Numbered from the stretch's first letter, positions 19,679 through 30,024 are shown. The stretch: DNA of 52,289 nt from an uncultured Chitinophagaceae bacterium (GCA_964596155.1 CAZQSI010000014.1:1-52289); one strand, 5' to 3'. Numbers and translations: made by a program. Notes: generated by a model from the sequence alone, not told the origin.

Positions 19679-20965
19679 ATGATGAAGATCTCAACAATCT
19701 TAGGAATATGTTTTACGCTTCTCAGCATTCCCTTGTTTGGTCAACAGGTTCAATATTGGCAGAAACTTCCTAATCCTACCAATCATACACTCTCCCGAGT
19801 TTATTTTATCGACAGTCTGCGCGGATGGATTACCGGTCAAAACGGCGTTCTGATGCAGACGACGGACGGCGGCACAAAATGGAAGCAGCAAATTTCCGGT
19901 ACGACGGGAGAAGTCCCCGATCTTTTTGTCCGCACAGAACTGGATCTTTGGGCGCTCGAATATATTTATCCTGTGGACGATACGTCATGGTTTGGAACGC
20001 ATATTTTGCATTCCACAAACGGAGGAGAATCGTGGTCAATTCAGCGTTTTGACAGCGCAATCTTTCGAACAATCATGTTTCAGGATTCTCTGACAGGATT
20101 TATGGGCGGATCATACGGCCGCATCGTGAAAACCACCGATGGCGGAGTGAATTGGTATACGGTGAGCGACAGCGCAACACATAAATTTCCCATCTATACA
20201 ATACGATTTTTTTCCCGCGAGTACGGATACGCAGTCGGAGGTCAACTGGAAATTGCGGGAATCATCTGGCGCACGACTGACGGCGGCGAAACGTGGCGCT
20301 CCAGAATTGTCAGCGGTGATCCTGTCTTTAACATCCATTACTTCGATTCGTCGCATGTTCTCACAAGCATGGGCGATATCGATCAAGCCGGAGCGGGATT
20401 TTTACGAACAGAAGATGGAGGCGAAACATGGAGTTTTGAAAATACCACCATCTGGGGCGAACCGACAACATTTGCCTATCGAACAGAATCGGAAGGTTGG
20501 GTGCCGATGGGGATTGCAGGAATGTGTCTCAAAACGATAGACGAAGGCCGAACGTGGCAGCAAATTGTTCTCCCTCAACAGATTCCGGTGTACGATATTT
20601 CCTTTCCCGATCAACGGACCGGATTTATGGTTGGTCATAAAGGAGCATTATATAAATTCAACAGCTCCGTCCTATCCGTTCGTCAACAATCTCAGAATCC
20701 AGTTTCATTATCATTATTTCAAAACTTTCCGAATCCATTCAACGGTGAAACGGTGATAAAATATCATCTGTCTGATCCGTCCACAGTGAAATTGGAAATT
20801 TTCGATGCCGTCGGACGATCGATGGAGATTCTGCTTGATGAGGTGCAAATTCGCGGTGGGCATACCGTGCGGTGGGACTCCAAACAACTTTCGAGCGGCA
20901 TGTACTTCTATCGTCTTTCCGTTAACGGTTTGTTGACGCAAAAGAAGATGATTCTCCTGCGATAA
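19679..20965 (+). CDS. YCF48/BNR-repeat beta-propeller protein with a T9SS-type CTD; start reassigned from 19583 to MMKIST
   Basis: Repeated TTDGGxxW Asp-boxes, signal peptide after 19679, and an LFQNFPNPFN...KKMILLR tail. Confidence 0.85.
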   Translation: MMKISTILGICFTLLSIPLFGQQVQYWQKLPNPTNHTLSRVYFIDSLRGWITGQNGVLMQTTDGGTKWKQQISGTTGEVPDLFVRTELDLWALEYIYPVDDTSWFGTHILHSTNGGESWSIQRFDSAIFRTIMFQDSLTGFMGGSYGRIVKTTDGGVNWYTVSDSATHKFPIYTIRFFSREYGYAVGGQLEIAGIIWRTTDGGETWRSRIVSGDPVFNIHYFDSSHVLTSMGDIDQAGAGFLRTEDGGETWSFENTTIWGEPTTFAYRTESEGWVPMGIAGMCLKTIDEGRTWQQIVLPQQIPVYDISFPDQRTGFMVGHKGALYKFNSSVLSVRQQSQNPVSLSLFQNFPNPFNGETVIKYHLSDPSTVKLEIFDAVGRSMEILLDEVQIRGGHTVRWDSKQLSSGMYFYRLSVNGLLTQKKMILLR

Positions 20966-20979
20966 CCACACGCGGTTTA

Positions 20980-22569
20980 CTATCTCTGAAACACCATTTT
21001 CCTCGTCATCGACATTTTCCCGGTTTCCAGACGATAAAAATATATTCCGCTCGTCAGGTAATCCGGTGCATCAAACGATAATCGATGATATCCCGTTTCC
21101 ATCATCCCGTCTGCGAGAACCGATACGATTCTTCCCAGAAGATCGAACACTGTAACCCGAACGATACTTTCTTCTTCGAGAGAAAAAGAAATTTGCGTGG
21201 ATGGATTAAACGGATTGGGATAATTTTGGTACAAGTGAAAATCATTGGCAAACGTTTGATTCCGAGAAACCGAAACAAGAGATGAAATCGGAATACGGGA
21301 CGACCAAATCTGATATAGTCCGCTTGAATTGTCCATCCACATAGGAATGAGCGACGTCCCGACACTAGTTAAACCGATATTGTCTCCCTGATATCCCTGT
21401 CCCAGTCCTCCAATCGACTTCGGCTGGAAATAATGATCACTGACAGGAAAATCTTTCCAGCTCTCTCCCCCGTTTGTAGAGCGCGAAAGAAATACACCGG
21501 CAGAATCACTGCTCGTAAATCTGTCGTCGTAATAGATGACATTCACTCCTCCTCCGTCATCCACATGAATGGCGGGAAAATATTGAATCTTCCCGTTGTT
21601 AACTGGATCCTGATGTATTCTAATTCCCTGACTCCACGTTACACCTTTGTCGGTTGATCGATAAAAAATAATATCAGGATCAGTTCCGGCAGGAGTAAGA
21701 TTTTTTTGTGCTGTAACGACATAAATCCATCCGCGCCGGGGTCCTGAAGTCCTGTCAACATCCATCCTCGGCAGCCCATTCACCCGAATAGAAGATTTTT
21801 GAGGCAAGATTCCCTGAATACCGTTGATGTCGATCGCATTCTCAGTGACATTCCACGAAATCCCTCCGTCAAATGATCGTGCAAATCCCAAAAAATCTTC
21901 CGTGTATGGTGATTGATTTAAGACACCTGCCCATACAGCATACACCGCACTGTCCGGTCCAACGGAAATTTCCGCACCCTGGCTTCTTTGGAGAGGATTA
22001 TTGATTGCTGAGGGATTCGTCCACGTTCCACCGGCATTATCTGAAAAAGAAATTTTTAACGGAAACGGAGGAAGAAGTTCCACATACGCCGTATATGTTC
22101 TGCCGTAAAACGGACTTAATGGATTTACATCGCTGATTACCGAAGCCCGATCCTGACGTTCTATTGCAATCGTTCTTTGCGACGACCAAGTTGCACCTCG
22201 ATCTGTCGAAGTGTGAGCAAATAAACCATCCTGAAAACCGAGTCTTGTAAGAATAAACGCTCCGGATTTGTCGATTGCAATGCCGGGATCGCCCCGGTGA
22301 AACAACATTGGTGCACCTGTACACGTATCATTTCCTTTCCAGGATATTCCTCCGTCCGTCGAAGAATAGATTCCTTCACTGATGAATCCTGTCGCCAAAT
22401 TGATCGTATTTGCGCTGCTAAATAGAATGTTTCCATCCGTCGGATGTCTGACAACAAAAACTTCCGTCTGCGTAACGGTGCTCGGATAAATTCTGAAGTT
22501 TGTCTGAGCTTCCGCAAAGACGAAAACAACGAAAAAAAGGAGGAATAGTTTTTTATTATACCTATTCAT
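20980..22569 (-). CDS. BNR/Asp-box (sialidase-fold-like) secreted protein with a T9SS-type CTD
   Basis: Repeated SxDxGxTW boxes (STDGGISW, STDRGATW, SFDGGISW, STNGGESW), GDPGIAID, YQGDNIGL, and an LYQNYPNPFNPST tail. No sialidase catalytic residues were confirmed. Confidence 0.8.
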   Translation of the reverse strand: MNRYNKKLFLLFFVVFVFAEAQTNFRIYPSTVTQTEVFVVRHPTDGNILFSSANTINLATGFISEGIYSSTDGGISWKGNDTCTGAPMLFHRGDPGIAIDKSGAFILTRLGFQDGLFAHTSTDRGATWSSQRTIAIERQDRASVISDVNPLSPFYGRTYTAYVELLPPFPLKISFSDNAGGTWTNPSAINNPLQRSQGAEISVGPDSAVYAVWAGVLNQSPYTEDFLGFARSFDGGISWNVTENAIDINGIQGILPQKSSIRVNGLPRMDVDRTSGPRRGWIYVVTAQKNLTPAGTDPDIIFYRSTDKGVTWSQGIRIHQDPVNNGKIQYFPAIHVDDGGGVNVIYYDDRFTSSDSAGVFLSRSTNGGESWKDFPVSDHYFQPKSIGGLGQGYQGDNIGLTSVGTSLIPMWMDNSSGLYQIWSSRIPISSLVSVSRNQTFANDFHLYQNYPNPFNPSTQISFSLEEESIVRVTVFDLLGRIVSVLADGMMETGYHRLSFDAPDYLTSGIYFYRLETGKMSMTRKMVFQR

Positions 22570-24690
22570 TTACAGTGAATACCCAAGATTTAATGAGAGA
22601 AAATAGTTTCTCGGCTCACCCGCTTCATAATATTCTTTTCGATCGGAATTAATATTGATGAAAGCGATATGGGACGTGTTCAGTATGTTGTTGATGCCGT
22701 ACGACAGCAGTATATTCGTCCGTCCTAATACTATATCAGTGCCGATCGTTGCTCCAAATAACCGGTAATCACCGGAACGATTGGAATTCTCGTCATTCAC
22801 GAACATTCCGCTGACAAAAGAATAATTTGTTTTTACGAAGCCGGTCAGTTGCTCCCCAATTCGATGCTGATATGACACGCTGGCTGATACGTTATGCTCC
22901 GGCACACTGGGAACGCGTTTTCCGGAAAACACCGACTCTCTTACTGTATCCATCGCTGCATTGTATGTTTTCACACCATAGGTTGTGTATGAAAAATCGG
23001 AATAGGTATAGGCACACTTCAGATTCAGATTGGAAAGAACGGAGGTGGAAATGCCAAATTCAACTCCCGATCTGTTCGTTTCCGCCGCATTACGGTAAAA
23101 GACGCTGCTGCCGATGGAAAACGGAACTATTTCATCTTTGATTCTGCTGTTAAAGAGAACAAGCTCAAACCGCGATTGTGAAAAATAATCTCCGTCGGAC
23201 AGGACCGTTCCTTTTGTCCCAATTTCCATATTCCGCGAGTTCTGCGGTTTTAAATCCGGGTTGATCAATTTCGGATAATTGGAACTTAACGGATAATTTT
23301 CCATTTCATTACCGGCAGGAGAATCAAATGAATATCCGTACGAACCAAAGAGTCCAATCGCCGGTGTGATTTTATAATTGACGGCAACTTTAGGAGTGAA
23401 TGCTTCAAACACCCGCTTCGCATTCCGAACTTCAAGATTTCTGTCCACCTGGTCAAAGACGACTTTATCGTGACGCCCCGTAACCAAAAGATCGACCTTG
23501 TCCGGAATAATGGAAACGGTTGTCAAAAAATATGCACCGACGTTATCGATTGTTTCGTCTGTCAGCAAATCCACCGGTTCCCCCTTCTTTCCTCCGAAAT
23601 TCTGATACTCCTCGATCGGACCGTATTGATGGAAAAGATCGACACCCGCAGAAAATTCCACGGGAATCTCCGCCACCGACGATGAATAAATCCACCGTCC
23701 CGTTCCGCCGATGCCATTCCGGTTTATGAATCGATAGGTCGCAGCCGTCCGTTCAAAATATTTTATGGTGCCGTATCCCGTAAATTCAAGTTGATTGTTT
23801 TTCTGTCCGTCGAGGAATGTTTTGTATCGAACGCCAAAACGTCCTTTTTTTGACACACGCTTTGCATCACGCCCGACATCACGCGGATTTCCCATGAATG
23901 GGTCCGTTTCATATTGCTGTTGTGTCAGCGATCCGGGCAGTTTGATGATACCATCCACATAATAGAGAAGCAATGTTAACGTTGAACGATCATTCGGAGA
24001 CGTTTCATAGACGGAATTGAGAATGTTCCAATGATCGTTGCTGTGCGGTCTGTATCCCCGTGCCGTATGATATGTATACGTGGAAAGAAATTTTGATCCT
24101 TCGCTTTTCAGTGCCAATTTGATTCCATTGTTCCTCGTGCCGAACGACGCTGCTTCATTAAATTGTATGACATGACTTTCCGTAAAATCAATATCATTAA
24201 TAAAGTTGATCACCCCTCCCGGTGCGTTCGTATATAATGATGATGCATTCCCTTTCACGATCTCTATCCTGCCGATTGAATGAAAATCGATCGCTTCGAT
24301 TCTGGTCTGGCCGTCCGGTTCGGATTCCGGAATGTCATCCAGCAATATCCTCACACCGCGGATTCCCGAATTTGACCGGGAACCAAATCCGCGGATGGAA
24401 ATACGTACGTCATGATTTCCGTATCGGTTTTGAAAAAACAATCCGGGCGTACCGCCGAGCACGTCGGTGACGGAATTCTTTCGGTCGTACCGGAAATCAT
24501 AATTGTTAATCCGTTCAACGGAGTACGGAATGTCGATGATTTTTTTAAGTGTCCGTGTTCCGGTCACAACCATCTCATCAATTTCGTACGACCGAACACT
24601 ATCTTGCGGAGACGCCGGTTCCAAATCGCCGGCAACCAATGGGTAACTAAACAATAACAGCAATCCGCTGACAATACATCCGCGATACAT
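22570..24690 (-). CDS. TonB-dependent receptor (resembles the YncD/PqqU-type subfamily); start likely ATG 24690
   Basis: TonB-box-like EMVVTGTR; plug motif SIRGFGSRS...RGVRILLDDIP...DG...IEIVKGNASSLY; beta-barrel ending GEPRNYFLSLNLGYSL; AAGGA ribosome-binding site at 24696-24700. Confidence 0.9.
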   Translation of the reverse strand: MYRGCIVSGLLLLFSYPLVAGDLEPASPQDSVRSYEIDEMVVTGTRTLKKIIDIPYSVERINNYDFRYDRKNSVTDVLGGTPGLFFQNRYGNHDVRISIRGFGSRSNSGIRGVRILLDDIPESEPDGQTRIEAIDFHSIGRIEIVKGNASSLYTNAPGGVINFINDIDFTESHVIQFNEAASFGTRNNGIKLALKSEGSKFLSTYTYHTARGYRPHSNDHWNILNSVYETSPNDRSTLTLLLYYVDGIIKLPGSLTQQQYETDPFMGNPRDVGRDAKRVSKKGRFGVRYKTFLDGQKNNQLEFTGYGTIKYFERTAATYRFINRNGIGGTGRWIYSSSVAEIPVEFSAGVDLFHQYGPIEEYQNFGGKKGEPVDLLTDETIDNVGAYFLTTVSIIPDKVDLLVTGRHDKVVFDQVDRNLEVRNAKRVFEAFTPKVAVNYKITPAIGLFGSYGYSFDSPAGNEMENYPLSSNYPKLINPDLKPQNSRNMEIGTKGTVLSDGDYFSQSRFELVLFNSRIKDEIVPFSIGSSVFYRNAAETNRSGVEFGISTSVLSNLNLKCAYTYSDFSYTTYGVKTYNAAMDTVRESVFSGKRVPSVPEHNVSASVSYQHRIGEQLTGFVKTNYSFVSGMFVNDENSNRSGDYRLFGATIGTDIVLGRTNILLSYGINNILNTSHIAFININSDRKEYYEAGEPRNYFLSLNLGYSL

Positions 24691-24789
24691 GGGATTCCTT
24701 TCGAATGAATGCACCGCCGCATAGCCGTGCCTTTTGTTTCATTACAACTGTTGATGGCGATGCAGCGATAAATGACGATTGTTAAAATG

Positions 24790-25320
24790 TCATAAGAACG
24801 GAAAACGCGGGGGCGGGAGTTCAATTTTTGGACGCCGGGCTATAATTTCCCAATCTGACGATTGTTCCTGAATACCGGTCATTGTTACGTCCGATAGAGA
24901 AAAAGCACTTTCGGGAGAGAAGAGAACGAATCCGTTCACTGCTGATTGCAAGAATTGAATTGCTGCCGGTGAATTATCTTTTGTTTTATTGGCAAGAAAT
25001 CCTAAAAACTTTGCAGCCATTTTTTCTTCTGCGGTATCGCGATAACAATACAGTATGTAGTGATCCTGATCCGTTTCACGCCAAACCACATCATACATTT
25101 GATCATTATATTTAAATTCACGTTCATGAATTTTCACCCGGTCAAATTCTGATTTGGACATTCGTATGGAAAGAATACTCTCCGGTGATTGCCGGGTGTT
25201 GATGATTGCAGCAACGGATGCCTTGTGAATCCATTGACGGACTTGCAGTCCGAATATTAGTCCGCCGGCATCAATTACCAAAACAGCAAGGATCACTATG
25301 GATATGAATTTGCGGTTCAC
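24790..25320 (-). CDS. Membrane-anchored hypothetical protein upstream of the TBDR, with a C-terminal PPP motif (GTG start)
   Basis: N-terminal hydrophobic helix; EFKYNDQMYDVV...YCYRDTAE segment, which I recognise as typical of Bacteroidota ORFs preceding TBDRs; ends ELPPPRFPFL. Confidence 0.7.
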   Translation of the reverse strand: MNRKFISIVILAVLVIDAGGLIFGLQVRQWIHKASVAAIINTRQSPESILSIRMSKSEFDRVKIHEREFKYNDQMYDVVWRETDQDHYILYCYRDTAEEKMAAKFLGFLANKTKDNSPAAIQFLQSAVNGFVLFSPESAFSLSDVTMTGIQEQSSDWEIIARRPKIELPPPRFPFL

Positions 25321-25367
25321 AGAGTAATATATAAAATTTATTTCCGCCGGATGCTTTTTAAAGTGAA

Positions 25368-28300
25368 TTATTTGATGACAATCATTTTTTTTGTCGAATG
25401 GTAGGTCCCTGATCTCAAGGTATAGTAATATACGCCTGACGATACACCGGATGCATCATAATATTCACGGTGAAATCCCTTTTCCCTGAATCCTTCGGCA
25501 AGGGTCTGAATGATTCTGCCCAGCGCGTCATACACAATTAACGTTACGAAACTCCGTTTCGGCACCGTAAACTCTATCGCCGTTAATGGATTAAACGGAT
25601 TCGGATAATTCTGCAGCAGCGTATAATCGTCCGGAAGAAGAGATTTGTTTCCCGAAGCGTCCGCAATGTCATCCGGATTCAGTGCTATTGAAGTAATATT
25701 CGAAGCCCCTAAATCTAATATTTTTACCGCCTGTCCGTTTGCAGTGTCCACCGTCAGCAGCTTATTTTGCGCAGTATTGATGCCTGCAAGAACATACAAC
25801 GTTCCGTTTTTATCAAACAACAGATCGGAATTCGAAATACCGACACCGGTTCGTCCAACCATTGTGACCGCTTTGGTCGTTAAATTTATTTTATAAATAC
25901 CGTCCAATATTCCCGATGTTGCCCGCAGACAGAACCAGAGAGTACCGTCAATCGGGTTCAAAGCCAATCCGCCGACACGGAGCGCGGTGGAAGCAATCTG
26001 AGTGTACGAACCGTTATATATATTTACCCGAAAAATTCTTCCGTTAAAATCCGCCATATAGGCGATGGAGTCATCGACAAATGTCAATCCTTTTAAATTG
26101 GTGACGCGGACATTGGTGAGATACCGTACACTCGATCCGGTTGCACTGATTTTATAGAGATAACCTCCTTCAAGTCCCCCGGTCGGATCCAATCCAATCA
26201 ATTCTTTTGTTGCAGGGTGAACCCGCAAACTTGTCACTTGTCCCAAACCGGAATGAGCGATGAAGGAAAGATTTCCGCTGCCGGAGTGTATCTGATATAA
26301 TTTTCCGCCATCCGTAGAGCCGGATGCGGCATACAGTGTCCCTTTCCTGGCCGGTGTTATGTGAAAACCGGTGCCGGTAAGAACCGTTAACGTCGATGTT
26401 GTGAAACAAGCTTGTGCGGCACAATACAAAATCGAATCGGACAAATATCCGGTGCTGTCAGGTGAAAAATAAACTCTGAGCGGATACGTTCCCAAACTTG
26501 GAATGATGATCGGAAGCTGCGGTTCATTAACAAATCGAAAGTGCTTCGATGTTTTTGTTAACACGGAGATATATAAATCCTCCGTGCCGTCGTTTGTTAA
26601 TGTAATTGTAATTGTATCACTGCTGCTGCCGACATTTTTTGTTCCAAAATTTATATATGTTCTGTCGGTTGTTAACTTGCTCCCGGGTACTGGACCAAGC
26701 TGAGTTTTCGCGACCCATGTTCCCCACTTATTTTTCGCCGCCGCAAATTCGGTATGAATCCACACCGACACTCCGTCGGACGGATCCAATCCGATGCCGT
26801 TATAATCCCCCCATCGATTCCGTCCGACGCCGTAATCGACGACATAATTTCCGCGCCCTTCCCTTAAAGCAACACTCGGCGAGAGTCCGGGTGGATCATT
26901 TTTTTTCCTTCCGGTCATAAAAGCACCGATATATTCAGACACTCCGGACCTGCTGAATGTAATTGTTAGATCACCTCGATCGTTGAGCATCATCGCAGGA
27001 TATGAATGCCAGTATCCGTCTAATCCGAACGATACGTCTTCCTTCGTCTGTTTAAGAAACGGGTCGAATTTAAGATACCGAACCGCCGAATATTGTTTAT
27101 TCGGTCCGCTTGCTACTGCATGCACAGCCCAGAGAGCGCTATCCTTGTAGAACGGTTCGTTGCGAATGTCGGCTCCGAATGCTTCTATCGGAATTGAGGA
27201 TCCATCCAACTGATCCGCATCCGGTGAAGGAAAATATTGAACGACCGGAACATCCGCAGCGGTTATGGAAGGAGACGAAACGGCACTGTCAACAGTCCAT
27301 AGCGTGAAAAACGTTCCGAGAAAGTACGGAGAATCATTCAGCAAAAATTGTTTGCCGGGATTTCCGAATGTTATGCTGGGTCTGAGTCCAAAGATGACGT
27401 TGTTGAGGTTATCGGGATCTCGGAAATCCCAAAAGTCATACCATTGAATGGCATGTCCGCTGTTTTCATACAACTGCGGTTTCGGAACAATGCGCAGTTT
27501 TGAGTACGCAAAATCGGTTGTAAAACCGAATTGGTTTCCTGTAATATAGATAGCATCCTCATCAAAACCGACTCGGGCATAGTCAGTCCAATTTGAGACG
27601 GTGGAGTCTCCGATTACATGTGCAGGCATTGCCCAGTTGTACCAAAAGCCGAGCGGATTGCTGTCATCCGAAATGCCGAGAAAGATGTATGCTTTTTTTT
27701 GTGCATCAACTACATGCAGCATAACAAAGATCCACCGCTGATCGAAATGATCATACATGAGGATTGGATCAAACGTGCTCGCTCCGGAAAGCACCTGATC
27801 GAACCATGCATCTGCATCAATTGTTTTCAGAATACTTCCCGATTTATCAAAAATTCGGAATGTGGAATTCACCGCGATCATGACATGATCCGGTCCAACG
27901 GCAAGAATCGGATCGGGTGGAATGTAATTCGTCTGCGGAATTCCCTCGAAACTCTCAAGTGCAACCGGTCTCGAAATTGTTGCGCCGCTGTTTGCGTCAG
28001 ATTCAACCGAACGGTCTGCATAATAATTTGATCCGTACGATGCGAGCGGTTCAACCATGGATTCCGGCGGCGGCAGTTTTGCAATCCTTTTGTTAATATT
28101 TGGTTTTTTTAATTTCGGCCGGGATAACGGAATTTCTGCGACGGCGGGAAAATTGTCGGTGTTGGTGATAACGCCGTTGTTCACAGTTCCCTTTTTTGGT
28201 CCCTTCACGAGCGGGGGAAGAATAGGAGCGTACACATTCAGCAGCAGATCTCCCCCCGTCGGAGTCCCACCATATGTTCCGCCTCCTCCCCACTCTCCGA

Positions 28301-28736
28301 TCATAAGATAATATGTGGTGCCGGCAACAACATTAAATCCGAATGCAGATTGCCGCGTGTCGAGCGTGTCGTCGTTGCATTTCACTTCAGAAAGATTACC
28401 GCACGATCCGACGAAGAGCGACATAATAATATCATAATCCGCCATCGGCTCGCTGCCGAGCGTACTGAAGACGACAAACCGCGTTGTATCGGGTGTGAAT
28501 TTGAACCAAACCGTTTTTCCGTTCTGTATGCTGTCCTGACAGGTCAAAGCGGGATCCGATGCATTCGGCGATGCGAGGCGGGTATTCTGGCTGACGGAAA
28601 AAGGAAGAGAAGAAATAACCATCGCCGAGGAACATTCATCATTCGCAATTTGAGCACCGGCAGTGTTCAAAGAAATCAGAAAGAATGCTGAAAACAGCAC
28701 AACAATTTTCTTAACTAATTTTCGATTAAAGTTCAT
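25368..28736 (-). CDS. Secreted multidomain protein with a T9SS-type CTD (paralog B)
   Basis: Collinear with 16132-19491 over its whole length (ANDEC...GKTVWFKFTP...GGTPTGGDL...PPDPILAVGPDHV...RNRWGDY...FGTKNV...QNYPNPFNP). Start overlaps the glcF stop by 11 nt. Confidence 0.85.
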   Translation of the reverse strand: MNFNRKLVKKIVVLFSAFFLISLNTAGAQIANDECSSAMVISSLPFSVSQNTRLASPNASDPALTCQDSIQNGKTVWFKFTPDTTRFVVFSTLGSEPMADYDIIMSLFVGSCGNLSEVKCNDDTLDTRQSAFGFNVVAGTTYYLMIGEWGGGGTYGGTPTGGDLLLNVYAPILPPLVKGPKKGTVNNGVITNTDNFPAVAEIPLSRPKLKKPNINKRIAKLPPPESMVEPLASYGSNYYADRSVESDANSGATISRPVALESFEGIPQTNYIPPDPILAVGPDHVMIAVNSTFRIFDKSGSILKTIDADAWFDQVLSGASTFDPILMYDHFDQRWIFVMLHVVDAQKKAYIFLGISDDSNPLGFWYNWAMPAHVIGDSTVSNWTDYARVGFDEDAIYITGNQFGFTTDFAYSKLRIVPKPQLYENSGHAIQWYDFWDFRDPDNLNNVIFGLRPSITFGNPGKQFLLNDSPYFLGTFFTLWTVDSAVSSPSITAADVPVVQYFPSPDADQLDGSSIPIEAFGADIRNEPFYKDSALWAVHAVASGPNKQYSAVRYLKFDPFLKQTKEDVSFGLDGYWHSYPAMMLNDRGDLTITFSRSGVSEYIGAFMTGRKKNDPPGLSPSVALREGRGNYVVDYGVGRNRWGDYNGIGLDPSDGVSVWIHTEFAAAKNKWGTWVAKTQLGPVPGSKLTTDRTYINFGTKNVGSSSDTITITLTNDGTEDLYISVLTKTSKHFRFVNEPQLPIIIPSLGTYPLRVYFSPDSTGYLSDSILYCAAQACFTTSTLTVLTGTGFHITPARKGTLYAASGSTDGGKLYQIHSGSGNLSFIAHSGLGQVTSLRVHPATKELIGLDPTGGLEGGYLYKISATGSSVRYLTNVRVTNLKGLTFVDDSIAYMADFNGRIFRVNIYNGSYTQIASTALRVGGLALNPIDGTLWFCLRATSGILDGIYKINLTTKAVTMVGRTGVGISNSDLLFDKNGTLYVLAGINTAQNKLLTVDTANGQAVKILDLGASNITSIALNPDDIADASGNKSLLPDDYTLLQNYPNPFNPLTAIEFTVPKRSFVTLIVYDALGRIIQTLAEGFREKGFHREYYDASGVSSGVYYYTLRSGTYHSTKKMIVIK

Positions 28737-30024
28737 ACGCCCGCCTCAGCAATGTTGCCAGGTGAACAATCTTTGTTTCCGATTTTCTGCTGCGAATGCC
28801 GTACTCCATCTGTGTGATGCACCCGGGATTATTTGCTACAACGTACTCCGCTTCTGTCCGTTCAATATTCTCCGTTTTTCTTTCTAGAAATTTCATGGAA
28901 TCGTCGTTTCTCGTCACATTGTAGATTCCGGCGCTTCCGCAGCACCAGGAGGCTTCATTCAATTCCACAAAATCCACTCCGGGAATCGAACGCAACAATT
29001 CGCGGGGCTGCCGTGATATTTTTTGTGCATGCACCAAATGGCACGCGTCATGATAAGTAACGCGATGCCTGAATTCCCGCTCAGGTTTTTTGATTCCGAT
29101 GTCGTATAGAAATTCGGAAATATCTTTTACTTTCGATGCGATGTAGGAAGCTTTTTCGGCATACAACGGATCATCATGAAGATAATGTCCGTATTCTTTC
29201 ATCAATGCACCGCACCCGGCGGAATTCATCACAATCGCATCCAGATCAAATTTCAGAAATGCATCAATGTTTTCTTTTGCCAGCCGCCGTGCGATTTCGA
29301 AATCACCGTTATGCGCCTGCAATGATCCGCAGCAGACCTGATTGTTCGGAATAATAATTTCGCAATCGTTATGCAGCAGAACTTTTACGGTATCCTCATG
29401 GACTGTCGAAAACGCAACGTTCATAATGCAGCCGGACAGAAAACCGACCCGGTACCGCACCCTCCCTTCAGGCCGGAGTATTTCAGGATGACTTTCACTG
29501 AAAAACGCCGTGTCGATGACCGGCGAAAGGTCCTGAATCCGTGCGAGACGCGGGAAGAAAAGAGAGAGCAGGCCTGAATTTTTGATTACCGATTCAATGC
29601 CGCTCCGCTGATACAGGCGAAGCAGCCGCGCGGTTAATTTCAGCTGAATGGTGTTGGAGAGAACGTTGCGCAGAAAAATCCACTTCAGTGTCCGCGACAA
29701 CATTGATTCTTTTTTTTGAATCCGGATCTGATTCCTTGCCGACTCCACCAATGTGCCGTATTTCACGCCTGCCGGACAAGCTGTTTCACATGCCTGACAG
29801 TCCAGACAAAAATTCATTTCATTCACAAAACCGTCGGTCATGCCGAGCGATCCCTCGGCGACCGATTTGATCAAACGGATTCTTCCCCGCGGCGATGATT
29901 TCTCCATTCCCGTGATGGAAAAGGTTGGACAGACTGGAAGGCAAAGACCGCAATGCATGCAATTTGTCAGTACATCATCACTGGGAATATCAACGCCGAT
30001 AAAATTTGATGTTTGTACTGTCAT
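28726..30024 (-). CDS. glcF: Fe-S subunit of a glycolate/2-hydroxyacid dehydrogenase (GlcF family)
   Basis: Two CxxCxxCxxxCP clusters (CMHCGLCLPVCP, CLDCQACETACP) and CCG domains (CCGSL, YHDACHL, CCGSAGIY). Confidence 0.88.
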   Translation of the reverse strand: MTVQTSNFIGVDIPSDDVLTNCMHCGLCLPVCPTFSITGMEKSSPRGRIRLIKSVAEGSLGMTDGFVNEMNFCLDCQACETACPAGVKYGTLVESARNQIRIQKKESMLSRTLKWIFLRNVLSNTIQLKLTARLLRLYQRSGIESVIKNSGLLSLFFPRLARIQDLSPVIDTAFFSESHPEILRPEGRVRYRVGFLSGCIMNVAFSTVHEDTVKVLLHNDCEIIIPNNQVCCGSLQAHNGDFEIARRLAKENIDAFLKFDLDAIVMNSAGCGALMKEYGHYLHDDPLYAEKASYIASKVKDISEFLYDIGIKKPEREFRHRVTYHDACHLVHAQKISRQPRELLRSIPGVDFVELNEASWCCGSAGIYNVTRNDDSMKFLERKTENIERTEAEYVVANNPGCITQMEYGIRSRKSETKIVHLATLLRRAYEL

